From a virus, in the IMG/VR virus record IMGVR_UViG_3300002026_000005: a stretch of DNA of 64,000 nucleotides, one strand, 5' to 3'. Every line of letters starts with the position of its first letter. The first letter of the stretch is position 1. Below are positions 33,611 through 44,090 of this stretch, piece after piece. A program made the position numbers and the translations under genes. The notes beneath the pieces are model-generated. The model saw only the letters and a list, made by a program, of their open reading frames with translations, had not been told where the DNA came from and made no database searches.

Positions 33611-36600
33611 ATGAAGTGCCTAAACATAACCGATGAGAAGGTCGCTAAACTTATAGAGAGATACGGGTACTCACCCGTATTTTTCGTTTTCAATAAGACT
33701 GGATCAGTTCCGACTGATGCCTCTATGGCGAAAGAACTTCCTAACAACATCTGGGTCAGATGAAACCTGTCCAAACTGAAGTCCCGCATCAGTTTCCCCG
33801 AATACAAGAAGCTCCACTCCGACACTAAACATGGTGACTGGGTCACGGCTTCCGTTGCCTACAGAAGAATGCCGAAGTCGTCTGAACGTCGGTCTTTCAT
33901 GGTCAATAAGTATAGCCTTGTTGATGTCGATGAGAATCTGGAACCAATTGTCGGTAAGCATCTTCCCGTGTCTCCCTACTTAGAGGAACAGAGAAGAGTC
34001 ATCGAGAAGGCTCTGACTGGAGCCGGCAAGAGAGTCGAGTTCGAATATGACAGAGACATGAAGGATCCGGCTGAGGTATCGGTTGATGGTGATCTTATTA
34101 GGGTTAGAATCAATCCGAGTCTCGCCGACAGAGATTCCGCCTACCACGAGTATGGCCACGTCTTCGTCTCTATCATTGGGACAGACTCAAAGGAATTCCA
34201 AGAGCTTCTCTCTGAGTTGAAGAAGAACCAGAAGCAGTGGAACAGGGTGCAGAAAACCTACTCTGATGCTGATAGTGTGACGAGAGAGATCGAGTTGGTT
34301 GTGTGGGGATTGTCTAAGGGTGCCAACAAGGGCAAACTGTCCTACTACCTGAAGAGGTTTGTTCGGGCTATCGCAAGTAGGTTGGGTATCAGCCTGTTCT
34401 CGGCAGACGTTCTCGGCAAGGAGATGTTGTCGGCGAAGAGGGTTTCGGGCACAGTCAAGGTGAGAGGAAAGTGGAATCAGAGGAATCTCGACATGAACAG
34501 GGACGAACTCAGTGCTCTCCGCAATGGGGACAAGTTCAGGGATATCGTTCTAGACAGGATAATGAATATCCATAAGTATCTCTCGAGCATCGGAGACCGT
34601 AAGGGTTGGACTTCCCACTCGGAACTCCTGAAGAACTCGATCAATGATGCCCTAACTAAACTCAATGATAACCTCGATGTTGAGGCCTGGATAAAGATGC
34701 AGATGCTCCAGTCCCACCTCATCACGAATGTTGGCAAGAGACTCGACACAATCAGAGGAGAGATCGCTAATGGTCTAGTCAAGACTAAGGATGATCTGAA
34801 CAAGAAATTCATGGAACTCTCTTTCATCATCTCTATCGTAGACATGTTCAATGACCTGAATGAGATAGAAACCCCATCCGATGCGGATCTCGACAGGAAA
34901 GAACAGAGGATATTTGCCCAGATGAAAACAGAGGCCCACGGTAACGCCCAGAACGTGTCCTCGATGAAACTCGACGCAATCGAGCTCTACAAAACCATTG
35001 TCAGAACCAGTCTGTCTGAAACTTCCCGCAATAAGGAGGTGTTCGACTACGCAGCCTATGAGAGACTCCGCTTCCGCAATGAGTACTCCAAGAGATTCGA
35101 GATGAACAGAGAAAAGATGGCCGAGCTACGTGGGTTGGAGAAAGACCAGTCCAAACTTCTTGCTGAAGGAAAGGAGTTGGACCCGAAGCTGAAGAAGAGG
35201 CTAGAGGTACTACTGCTCAGGAAGTCTAAGGCGGAGTCGATCAGACTTAGCCCCGAGGAACAAGCCGAGTTCGATGAGCTCTCTAAGAAATTGGAGAACA
35301 AAGAGATTAGAGACTTGTTTGATCTGAAGGGGATAGATTTCTTCACGGCAAAGATGTATGCTCCCCAGACCAGTCCTGTTGCACTTATTGCTCTCATGGT
35401 GAAACAGAGAGACAAGGCGGAGATGGAGGCCAGCAATGAGGCCCGAGACATGACGTTCGAATGGGAGAAACTTGTACAGGAGATAGAGGACGCCGGGATG
35501 ACTCTCGACCAGTTCCTCGATGGTGACCAGCACGGAAACAAGACGAAGCTCCTAACCGAGATGGATGACTCCTACAAGAAAGACGTGTCTCGCCTGAGAT
35601 CTAAACAGAGAGCATTCGAGATGTCGGGCAACAAGTGGAAGACTGGAAGCCGAGTCTATACCGACGACTACAGGAAGACCATTGTCGAGATAGATAAGAT
35701 CCTGAAGGAGAGTACCAAGAACAAACTTGACCAGAGTGCTGTTGATGCCATAGACGACTTCCTGGGTAAGTTGGATCCGAATCTGGAGCCCATTCTGAGG
35801 AAAGGAAATGCTCGATGGATATTGGCCGAGATAGAGGAGGGTATCAGGTTCATCTATGAGTCGAATCCGAACCCCGAAGAGATGTCCCAAGAAGACAAGG
35901 ATTCTCTGGAGGAGCTCTTCAAGAAGAGAAGGAGTCTGTCTAGCTCGTTCTATGAAGACGGAAGAGTCAAGACTGGAGACGAACTGGAGATGTCTGGGAA
36001 GTTCAAGGACTACTTCAAGTGGTACTACAAGGCTACGGAGATGAAGAGGAGAACCAAGAAGATTCCTACCGATGGGGAACCGATTGAGGTTGATGCCTAT
36101 GATAATGCTCTCGAGTATGCCGAGACCGTGGACAAACAACATCCGGGTTACCTGAACAATTGGTATGCCCGCAATACGGAGACAAAGATCACGAAAGACT
36201 TCTGGGACGAACTGTCTACGGCATTCGATATGGTCATATCTGGGAAGACAGATGTGGAGAACTCGATGGAAGTCTCGAGAATGATAGACGACCTGGATAA
36301 GGCCACGAAGAAGATAGACGGAGTCGAGATGAAGTTGTTCGACATGAAGAACTTCGCTAACCTCGACCCCTGGTTTCCTGAGGGCGCACTCGGTACCTCT
36401 TTCATCTCAGAGAGAGGAACTCTTCCGAAGTGGACTCCTAAAGAGTTGGAACTCGGACTGAACTCTGATGAAGACATCAAGGGTAAGAAGGTGACAGCAG
36501 CCAGGGTAGCCCGTGCCATCTTTAAACAGCTTAGCCAGAAGTTCATGGATGAGAATGGGGAGCTGAAAGGTGACGAAGTCTTCTTCAAGAGAAGTGGAGG

Positions 36601-39448
36601 TTCCGAACAGGAGAGGATTCTGTTCTGGCAGTTGAGAGAGCTCGGACTGGTTATGATGAGAGACAGGAATAGGGACGAAGAATTCCAAGAAGACTACGAG
36701 GCTGACCCAGAATCAGCCGGAACCAGTCTAACTAAACAAGAAGTTCAGTGGAATAGGAGGCTTTTCGAACACATCAATAGGGTTGTCGACATGAATGCCC
36801 CTAATCAGGCTCTTGGTAGACAACTCGCTATCTTCCAACAGGAGTTCGATGAGCTTCCTGAACACGAGAAGAACTCCCTAAAAAGAACGGCTGCAGCCAA
36901 CCAGTCGGATGAACCCTGGAGATGACTTGAGTCCTTCAAGGAGTTTGTTCAGGACAACTATGTCATAGACAAGGGTTGGCTACCGATATGGACAAAGGTG
37001 AAGCCAAAGGCCGATGCTGATGGTTACGTCGAGTCTCTCGGTATGGATGAAGGCAGTGATGGTAGTGGAAAGATAAAGGCTGTTGAGTCTGCTCCAAAGA
37101 TGATGTGGATGAGGAGGGAATTCAAGACAGAGTACATGAACGATGACTACTCTGAGACGGATGGACGTCCTGACCCCGTGAAGTACAACGAAGCCTACTT
37201 CAATATGGAGCAGTCCAACACGAGGTTCGTTGAGCTCCACAACAAGTTGAAGACCTTCATGGACAGAACAGTCGAGTACTTTGGTGGAGGTATAATCGGC
37301 AACGGATTCATCCCCTCAGTTCGGAGTGATATGAGGTCAACTCGAAAAGCTATTGCTGAGGACGTGTTCCTACTGAAGGGAAGTGTTAGGAGTGAGGATG
37401 ATGAGGTTCAGGAGGGAAAGGGTTTCAAGAGCAAACTACTGAAGAAGAAAAAGAAGTTGGGAGAAGGTGTGAAGGTTTCCCATTCTGGTCAGAAGTTCGA
37501 GTACCTGAGTACCCACTACAACAAGAGACTCAACCAGATGAAGAAGCTCGACATCATCAAGAGGAAGACTGTTGAGGATAAGAACGGGAAGGCGGCGTTG
37601 GAAGATATGGATTCCTATGATGAACGCATGAGAGAATATCTGGACAAGCTTCATGGCAACGGAAAAGGACGAGTTGATGGGAAGTTCGAGCCGCTGTATC
37701 TTTCAGACACACTGAGTTTCGATCTGAATGAGAGCGAGCTCTGGAAGAGGGTGATGGAACTGAATGAGATGATCGAGTTCGAGAACGAGAAGAATCATGG
37801 AGATAATCTGGACTCGAATCTGAAGGAGACGATGAAGCTCCACATCTCTTCCAGCCGATACCATAAGCACATGCTCCAGATGAAGGACCAGGTGGATGGA
37901 CTAACATCCATAGGACGTTCTGGAGGTCTGAAGTATGAGAACCCGGGCACGTATGACTTGTTTAGTTGGAAACACTTCGGGAAGAGGACTCCTTTCGTGG
38001 AAGACTTCTCGAAGACTAATGCCTGGCAGTCTTTCGAGGACTGGGTTGATATGCACTACTACAAGACTGGAACAGATCCGAAGACTCTTTTCCATAGGGG
38101 AGTAAAGGTGGTCAAGAACATCTCATCTCTTCAGAGGATACTGGGATCAATCACGACGATGGTATCTAACTTTAGGCAGATAAATATCTCCATCCTGAAG
38201 CATGCGATTGTTGGGAGAGATTTCTCCTTCAGTAACTATTTGTGGGCAAGAAGGCTCGTACTGAATCCAAAGTTTGCTATCGACTGTATGAGCAAGAGTA
38301 AGAGGAAGAGGAATATTCTGGCTTCTCTTGTGGAGACACTCGGAATCATGACTGATACAACGGAGTTCGAAGACGGTATGAGAGGTGCGATGGCTAAGAC
38401 TAAGTCTGAGACTGCTCAGAATGTGGTGAAGGTCGGATACTGGTCACAGAACTTCCTCGAAACCAATGGTCAGATAATGGTTGCCATAGCAAAGATGAGA
38501 GCCGTGAAGGTCAAGAACAGTTCTGGAGAATTGGTGCCGATGACGGATGCCTTCGAGATGACAGAGATCGTGGACGGAAAAGGTGTAGCGAAACTTGGTG
38601 ACGGATACACCATCTTTAATCCGATGAGACAAGAGTGGGAGAAGTTGACGATGGACCAGGTTAGGGATGTTGCACTAAGCATCAGAAATATTCAGTCAAG
38701 TCTTGGAGGAAACTTCTACAAGAACAGGGCGGAGGCCATTCATCACAACAAGTTCATGGGACTCGGAGAACTTCTATTCCAGTTCAATAGACACGTTCCG
38801 GGTCATGCCAGAAAGTGGGGACAGCTGAAGTCTTCCTTTGATGAGGAGTATGGACGCAGTGTGAAGGGGGTGTTCGGAACACTCTGGGACAACAAGAGTC
38901 CTAAGGCGATGTGGAAACTGATGAGGACGGCTCTGTTCACTATGAAGGATGCGAAGAACAAGATGATCCTGAACGGAATAGATGAAACAGACTTCTACAA
39001 CATCAGATTCCTCTCAACAACGATGGCTTTTATGGCTGCGTCTGTCGTCATCTACAACCTGATAGCAGCAGGCGGCGATGATGATAAGTGGAAAAAGAAG
39101 GGGATCCTGCTGAATCTACTTGCGAGACAGATAGATGACATGTACTCAGAAGAAGGGTTCTTTACAGTTGGGGCCTTCTCTGAGAGTCAGAAGAAGTGGG
39201 CGAAACCTTTTGCCTCCTTGAGTGTGATGAATGAGAACTTTGAGCTCCTGTTCCAGGCAGTATGGGACGGGTTCAGGCTGATGTTCGGAAAAGAAATGGA
39301 GAGATATAAGGCGGGGTCGATGTATGGTGAATACAAGTTGAAGGACAAGTTCAACCAGGCTATACCGATATGGAGATCAATCTATAGACTTCAGAACATG
39401 CACCGATACAACAAGTCATACCAGAGTAGGATGATCAGATTCCTCTAG
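33611..39448 (+). CDS. giant cargo-like virion protein with an N-terminal zincin module and two in-frame TGAs (33761-33763, 36923-36925)
   Basis: The ATG at 33611, ORF 33869..36925 and ORF 36998..39448 all lie in one frame, and both gaps are free of TAA and TAG, giving 1945 codons. HEYGH is at 34145-34159. The gene ends in TAG and is followed by the bidirectional terminator. Confidence 0.6.
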
Positions 39449-39484
39449 ACAGAACATTCTCAGTAAACAAAACCACTCCCGTTT

Positions 39485-39530
39485 AAAAAAAACCTCTAAG
39501 AATCCCGAAGGATTCATAGAGGTTTTTGTT
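39485..39530. terminator. bidirectional rho-independent terminator at the convergence point of the two arms
   Basis: Stem aacctctaagaatcc / ggattcatagaggtt (15 bp with 1 mismatch) and loop cgaa. It is flanked by an A8 run on the left and tttttgtttt on the right. Confidence 0.85.
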
Positions 39531-40535
39531 TTAGATAGCTCTAGGAATATCAACATTGTCATCAGGAGTGTCTTCAATAACCATCCTCACTTCATCAATC
39601 ATGACTTGAAAATGATCTGTATTAGTATCATATCTGACATATGATCCAGCAGTATTTCTGTCCGTGCTTCTTTGACGAATGTGCGGATTTTCTAATCCGT
39701 TTCTAATTGATTGGGCATCTCTAACAAGTTCACGAAGTCTTTCTGTTTCGGGATTGAATCCAAATTCAACATCATGCCTAAAGCCTGATGATGTTCCAAT
39801 TAGATTCTGTACTGTTTCATTGGCTGAAAGATTGTGTCTACGTCTATCCTCCTCCTCTTGATATCTGTCTATTACTTTCGACATTTGAATCATGTTCCGT
39901 ACTGCATAAGATAGTGTTGTGACAACACTTTCCTTGTTCAGTTTTTTTGATGCAATGTTAGTAAAGAAACTGTTTTCGATGTTGTTGAATATCCAACTTT
40001 TTGGATTCGATTTCTTTAGAATATCAAGATTCCTCTTGTTGTCGTTCGACCTAACTGATAATAGTTTTGGATACATCGACATCGAGCTCTGCTTTGGTTT
40101 CTTTGAAGCAACAATTCTTTCAACGAACAGAGGCATATGTCTCGATAGCTTCACTGAGGCATCAATAATTATCTCAGATATCTTATTTAGTTTCCCCTCG
40201 TTCTTGAACATAGTGCCCTTTTTTAGAGCTTTCAGTTTTTCCATAGTCGACCTGATAGTGTAACCGACATCTTTTAGGCTCTCAATAAACATGACAACAT
40301 TTCTTTCTACATAAGAGTTGCCCTCAATGGCACATATTGATCTATTGTTCACACTATTGAAAATGGTTATGAATATATTCTTCGTGTTGACATACTTCCT
40401 TTTTTTCTCAGCCAAACACTCTGAGAAATTTTTTCCCAGAACAGACTGTTCTATATTGGAAACAATACTAAATAATTTTTTGAAGTCATTATTGTTCTCG
40501 ACAATAACCTGAAGTGTTTTTCCGTTCTTTTTCAT
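39531..40535 (-). CDS. hypothetical protein (334 aa), terminal gene of the minus arm
   Basis: ATG ORF ending in TAA. It is AT-richer than neighbouring DNA. No motif was recognised. Confidence 0.55.
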   Translation of the reverse strand: MKKNGKTLQVIVENNNDFKKLFSIVSNIEQSVLGKNFSECLAEKKRKYVNTKNIFITIFNSVNNRSICAIEGNSYVERNVVMFIESLKDVGYTIRSTMEKLKALKKGTMFKNEGKLNKISEIIIDASVKLSRHMPLFVERIVASKKPKQSSMSMYPKLLSVRSNDNKRNLDILKKSNPKSWIFNNIENSFFTNIASKKLNKESVVTTLSYAVRNMIQMSKVIDRYQEEEDRRRHNLSANETVQNLIGTSSGFRHDVEFGFNPETERLRELVRDAQSIRNGLENPHIRQRSTDRNTAGSYVRYDTNTDHFQVMIDEVRMVIEDTPDDNVDIPRAI

Positions 40536-40537
40536 GA

Positions 40538-40981
40538 CTATTGTTTTAGGGGTTTCTCTTTAAGAACAAAAGAGTGTGTCTTCGGACTATAACCTCCGTG
40601 ACCACACTTCAATTGCTCCATTACTCCCGGGCGGAAGCTTATTGTTGTTACGAGAGTCTTGTTCTTCACTCTCTTCTCTTTCTTTTTCTTCTTGCCTTTG
40701 CGTCTCTCAGAGTTCTTGAAGTAGGCGAAACTTATCTTGGATATCTCCACGACATATTCTCTCTCCCCCTTCTTGACGTTGTTTGACTCAGTCGTTTCGA
40801 CAGCCTTCTTCAGAGGAAACCTGATGCCGGCAATTCGTCCTTCGAGTGTCTTTATCTCGAGTTCTGCCTTGGCTGCAAGAGTAGTGTTTCCACTGGTTTT
40901 GTATCGTTCAAGATTATTCTTGGCTATCTTGACTGCTGTAATCCTGCGAGATTTGGCTCTCACGTTCATTGGTGCTCTCAT
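40538..40981 (-). CDS. basic hypothetical protein (147 aa)
   Basis: ATG ORF ending in TAG with a K/R-rich centre (RRKGKKKKKEKRVKNK). Its stop lies 2 nt from the next start. Confidence 0.5.
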   Translation of the reverse strand: MRAPMNVRAKSRRITAVKIAKNNLERYKTSGNTTLAAKAELEIKTLEGRIAGIRFPLKKAVETTESNNVKKGEREYVVEISKISFAYFKNSERRKGKKKKKEKRVKNKTLVTTISFRPGVMEQLKCGHGGYSPKTHSFVLKEKPLKQ

Positions 40982-41474
40982 TGTCTTCTGTTTTTATTTC
41001 GTTTGATTTTTCTTCATTTTTTACGTCCATAAACTTTGACTTCTTCTCGAGAAGATCCTTTACGGCATTATCCATATTCTTCTGAACGTAGTCCAAGGCC
41101 TTCTCGATGTTTGAGTCCATGTAGAATGGGTCAATATTTGATGCCCTAAGTTCCTCACCAAGAACTGGGAAGTTTTTGGTGATCACATTGAATACACACT
41201 GACCAAGACGTAGTCTTGTTCTTCCATCTGGCTCCTTCGAAGAGTTTCTTTCTGATGTTGCAAGTTCCAAGATAGAGACTCTTGCGTTCCACATTTCTGC
41301 TATTGATTGATAAAACAACTCATGTTTGCCTCTATTCCTAATCATGTCTTCTTCGACACTACTCTCGTCGACACCAAATATTTCATTAATCTTAGTGTAC
41401 ACAACAGGCTCTCCGTCGTAATACTTTTCATCGATCATTCCTATTGGCTTACTCTCCATTATCATTTCCTCCAC
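40914..41474 (-). CDS. hypothetical protein (186 aa)
   Basis: ATG ORF ending in TAA. It overlaps both neighbours, so the start may instead be an internal Met. Confidence 0.5.
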   Translation of the reverse strand: MEEMIMESKPIGMIDEKYYDGEPVVYTKINEIFGVDESSVEEDMIRNRGKHELFYQSIAEMWNARVSILELATSERNSSKEPDGRTRLRLGQCVFNVITKNFPVLGEELRASNIDPFYMDSNIEKALDYVQKNMDNAVKDLLEKKSKFMDVKNEEKSNEIKTEDNESTNERESQISQDYSSQDSQE

Positions 41475-41838
41475 ACTTCATTTTCGTGAAAGGAACAATG
41501 AACTCATTCCTTGTTGAGATATCTACTATGATGCTGTCATAGAACCTGATTGAGCCTCCGTATTCTTCTGATGGATGTCTCCTTATCCAATCGAGCTCAA
41601 ATGTTGCCTCGGCATAATTCTTGAAATCTTCTCTGACCCTAATCAGCTCACCTTTTAATAGCTCTTTCTGGACAAAGGTTTTTATCCTATCTTCCCTAGT
41701 GAGAAGTCCATACACAGAAACTATTAGTCCCGACAGAAGTATTGCCATACCAACTACAGCAAACGTCATTACTTTTGCATTCATTCCTTTTCCCTCCATT
41801 TGTTTTGTTTGATTTGATTTGTTTAATTTTGTTTTCAA
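41449..41838 (-). CDS. single-pass membrane protein (129 aa)
   Basis: It has a hydrophobic segment VMTFAVVGMAILLSGLIVSVYGLL after a basic N-terminus. It ends in TAA. Confidence 0.5.
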   Translation of the reverse strand: MKTKLNKSNQTKQMEGKGMNAKVMTFAVVGMAILLSGLIVSVYGLLTREDRIKTFVQKELLKGELIRVREDFKNYAEATFELDWIRRHPSEEYGGSIRFYDSIIVDISTRNEFIVPFTKMKCGGNDNGE

Positions 41839-41850
41839 CTTATCAGACTC

Positions 41851-42084
41851 CTACTTCTTGCCAGTATCACTCACTATCAGAGTAAACTCTGTTCCTGATG
41901 AATACCAGCTCCAACACTTCTCCACATTGCCTCCAGCTATCTCGGCGTCATCCGTTGTCGGATCGTGCTGGAACGCCCCAATCGGAACCGCTCCTTCCAC
42001 AATACTGTCATAGACCTCTGTTGATTCAGACTGGAGATCACCAGCTCAATCATAGATCCTCTTTATTATCGTCGTCTTCTTCAT
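41851..42084 (-). CDS. small hypothetical protein, with in-frame TGA at 42046-42048
   Basis: It is absent from the ORF track because the TGA splits it. The ATG is at 42084. It reads MKKTTIIKRIYD-TGA-AGDLQSESTEVYDS...LIVSDTGKK and ends in TAG at 41851-41853. It fills an otherwise empty 280-nt gap. Confidence 0.5.
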
Positions 42085-42123
42085 GCTTTCTTTTCCTTTC
42101 TTTATTTCACCTGTTTGTACTCG

Positions 42124-42195
42124 TAGCCCCAAGAGGATTCGAACCTCTATACACTCCTTAGGACGGAGTAGTCCTTCCATTTGAACGATGGGGCC
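42124..42195 (-). tRNA. tRNA-Arg (anticodon CCT)
   Basis: Hand-folded cloverleaf. Acceptor GGCCCCA/TGGGGCT, D stem GTTC/GGAC, anticodon stem ACTCC/GGAGT, loop GTCCTAA, T arm AGAGG-TTCGAAT-CCTCT. Confidence 0.85.
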
Positions 42196-42199
42196 GTCG

Positions 42200-42273
42200 T
42201 GGGCCAGGGAGGACTTGAACCTCCGACCTTTTCCTTATGAGGGAACCGCGCTAACCAACTGCGCCACAAGCCC
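42200..42273 (-). tRNA. tRNA-Met (anticodon CAT); elongator Met or Ile2 type cannot be distinguished
   Basis: Acceptor GGGCTTG/CTGGCCC with one mismatch, D arm GCGC-AGTTGGTTA-GCGC, anticodon loop CTCATAA, T arm GGAGG-TTCAAGT-CCTCC. It lacks the three G-C pairs typical of an initiator tRNA. Confidence 0.8.
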
Positions 42274-42280
42274 TAACCTC

Positions 42281-42535
42281 CTAAAGGTCTGTGATAACTG
42301 GTACCGACTTCAGTTTTTCTCCTTCGAAAACTATTTTCGAAATTGTCTTTCCTGATTCGAGATAGATTTCTTCCCTATCCAGATACTTCTTCATGACAGA
42401 AGCTATTGCGGCCCTAACCGCTGTTGCCTCATCTGAATCCAACCTGTCTATAGAGACTTCTATCACCAAATTACCTTCCACCTTGTCTAGAGAGAAGACA
42501 TCAACTGTCTTCTTCACTTTTTCTTTTTCAGCCAT
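42281..42535 (-). CDS. hypothetical protein (84 aa)
   Basis: ATG ORF ending in TAG, directly upstream of the tRNA pair. Confidence 0.5.
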   Translation of the reverse strand: MAEKEKVKKTVDVFSLDKVEGNLVIEVSIDRLDSDEATAVRAAIASVMKKYLDREEIYLESGKTISKIVFEGEKLKSVPVITDL

Positions 42536-43130
42536 CCTGATTCTTCTTTTCTTTTTCTTCTAATCTTTTTCTCTCTTCGGTTATCGTCCAAACCAGACCA
42601 AAAGTATTTCTCTCCATAATTGGTTTCGAATAGTACTCTTGGTCCTTGACTGGAACAATGTCGTCTAGAGATTTTCCCTCATTGATTTCTGGTTGACTAA
42701 AAATCTTCTTCTCTATCCTCTTCTTTGCTGCCTGAGTTTTATTCAGGATACTTCTGATGTATTCTGAACCGTCTCAGAACTCGTCTATCTTTCTCCTGTA
42801 TTCCATCGAGGTCAGACTGAAGCGTCCAGACATTATTAGCCGGAAATCTTCTAGTCACTTCTCGTCTATTCTGTAGACGAACATATTCACGTCCTCTACT
42901 TGCTCGAACAGAGTCGAGTCAGTTGAGTCGTAGGAATACATCGTCTCGAATGTTCGAGGTCTATTGAACACGAAGTCCCTGTCGGAGCTCTGGACGATTA
43001 TGTGTCCATCATATTTGGGATAGTTTACATCGGACAACCAGGTGTTCTGGTAGCCCGTGTAGGAAATCTGTTTCCATACCACCTCATCCAACATCGGAAG
43101 GATTCAGGTATGGGCGTCTGTTCTACTCAT
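42528..43130 (-). CDS. hypothetical protein with three internal in-frame TGAs (43104-43106, 42855-42857, 42774-42776)
   Basis: The standard ORF covers only 42855..43094. In the same frame an ATG at 43130 lies upstream, and 42528-42854 is free of TAA and TAG. The frame reaches TGA 42528-42530, which overlaps the next gene's ATG. Full readthrough would end at TAA 42471-42473. Confidence 0.45.
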
Positions 43131-43187
43131 CTTATCTTATCTCTCTATATATTTCTATACTCCAGAGACATTCCACAACTGTTTGAA

Positions 43188-44012
43188 TTACTTGAAGATG
43201 ATGTCGTCATCACTTTCTACAGTGTCTTCAACTCCCTCTCTTTCCACTTCTGAGTACAACGCCGCCGTTATTTCCTTGTTTACATCAATGGCTCTGACTA
43301 CATCCACATCGTCTTCACTTACGTGAACTATGTACATCTCGTCGGCCTTCAGATCACCGATGATGTTGTATGACCACAACTGGGCCGAATACTTCATCAG
43401 GTTGTTTTCGGGATACTCCTTCATCTCATTGATGAGGTAACCCTTCGAAACCTTCAGGTGTTCAGACGTCTTGTAGTCGAAAATGATTCTCTTACCATCA
43501 GACTTCCGTACACACATGAGGTCGAGTGTTCCTGCCTTCATGAATTTCTCAGAGTGAACCCTCAACTCTGTTTGGATTTCGTCGTAATTGGTCTGGATGT
43601 CTTCGAGGAAAGGAACCAATGCCAGCTCGTGACCACAACGAGGTTTGGCATAGTCTCTATCCATGAAGAACAACTGGGCAAAACAATGGATGCTGGTGCC
43701 GAAATTCGTCGCCCTAAGTCCATTTATTTTCCACAGCTCCTCATAGAACTCTCTCGGTCTAACAACCAGATCCTTCCGAACCGAGTCCAACAGCTCCATA
43801 GCCTTCTTCTGAAGAGGAGCATCAACGTTCTTCACCTGCATCAGAAGTTGATGTAGGGCATCAACCTTTGCCTGATCCGAACGGGCTTTCATTGTGGCTA
43901 TCATCGAAGCTACGAAGGGCTTCACGAATCTCCTAGAAACCCAAGTCGTTACACTCTCGGCCTCTCTTCCATCAATCTTGTATTGATGCTTTCCTTCATC
44001 GAACTCTATCAT
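43188..44012 (-). CDS. PD-(D/E)XK (RecB/Cas4/YqaJ-like) nuclease
   Basis: The N-terminus reads GKHQYKIDG...SVTTWV. It has GTSIHCFAQ and the core LDLMCVRKSDGKRIIFDYKTSE (D...D-x-K). It ends in TAA. Confidence 0.65.
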   Translation of the reverse strand: MIEFDEGKHQYKIDGREAESVTTWVSRRFVKPFVASMIATMKARSDQAKVDALHQLLMQVKNVDAPLQKKAMELLDSVRKDLVVRPREFYEELWKINGLRATNFGTSIHCFAQLFFMDRDYAKPRCGHELALVPFLEDIQTNYDEIQTELRVHSEKFMKAGTLDLMCVRKSDGKRIIFDYKTSEHLKVSKGYLINEMKEYPENNLMKYSAQLWSYNIIGDLKADEMYIVHVSEDDVDVVRAIDVNKEITAALYSEVEREGVEDTVESDDDIIFK

Positions 44013-44090
44013 GATCTTTTCTGTGTTTATTTTTCTCTTGCTTTTCTTGTTTCTTTCTTCTTCTTTTACACCATTACTTCTTTTGATTCC

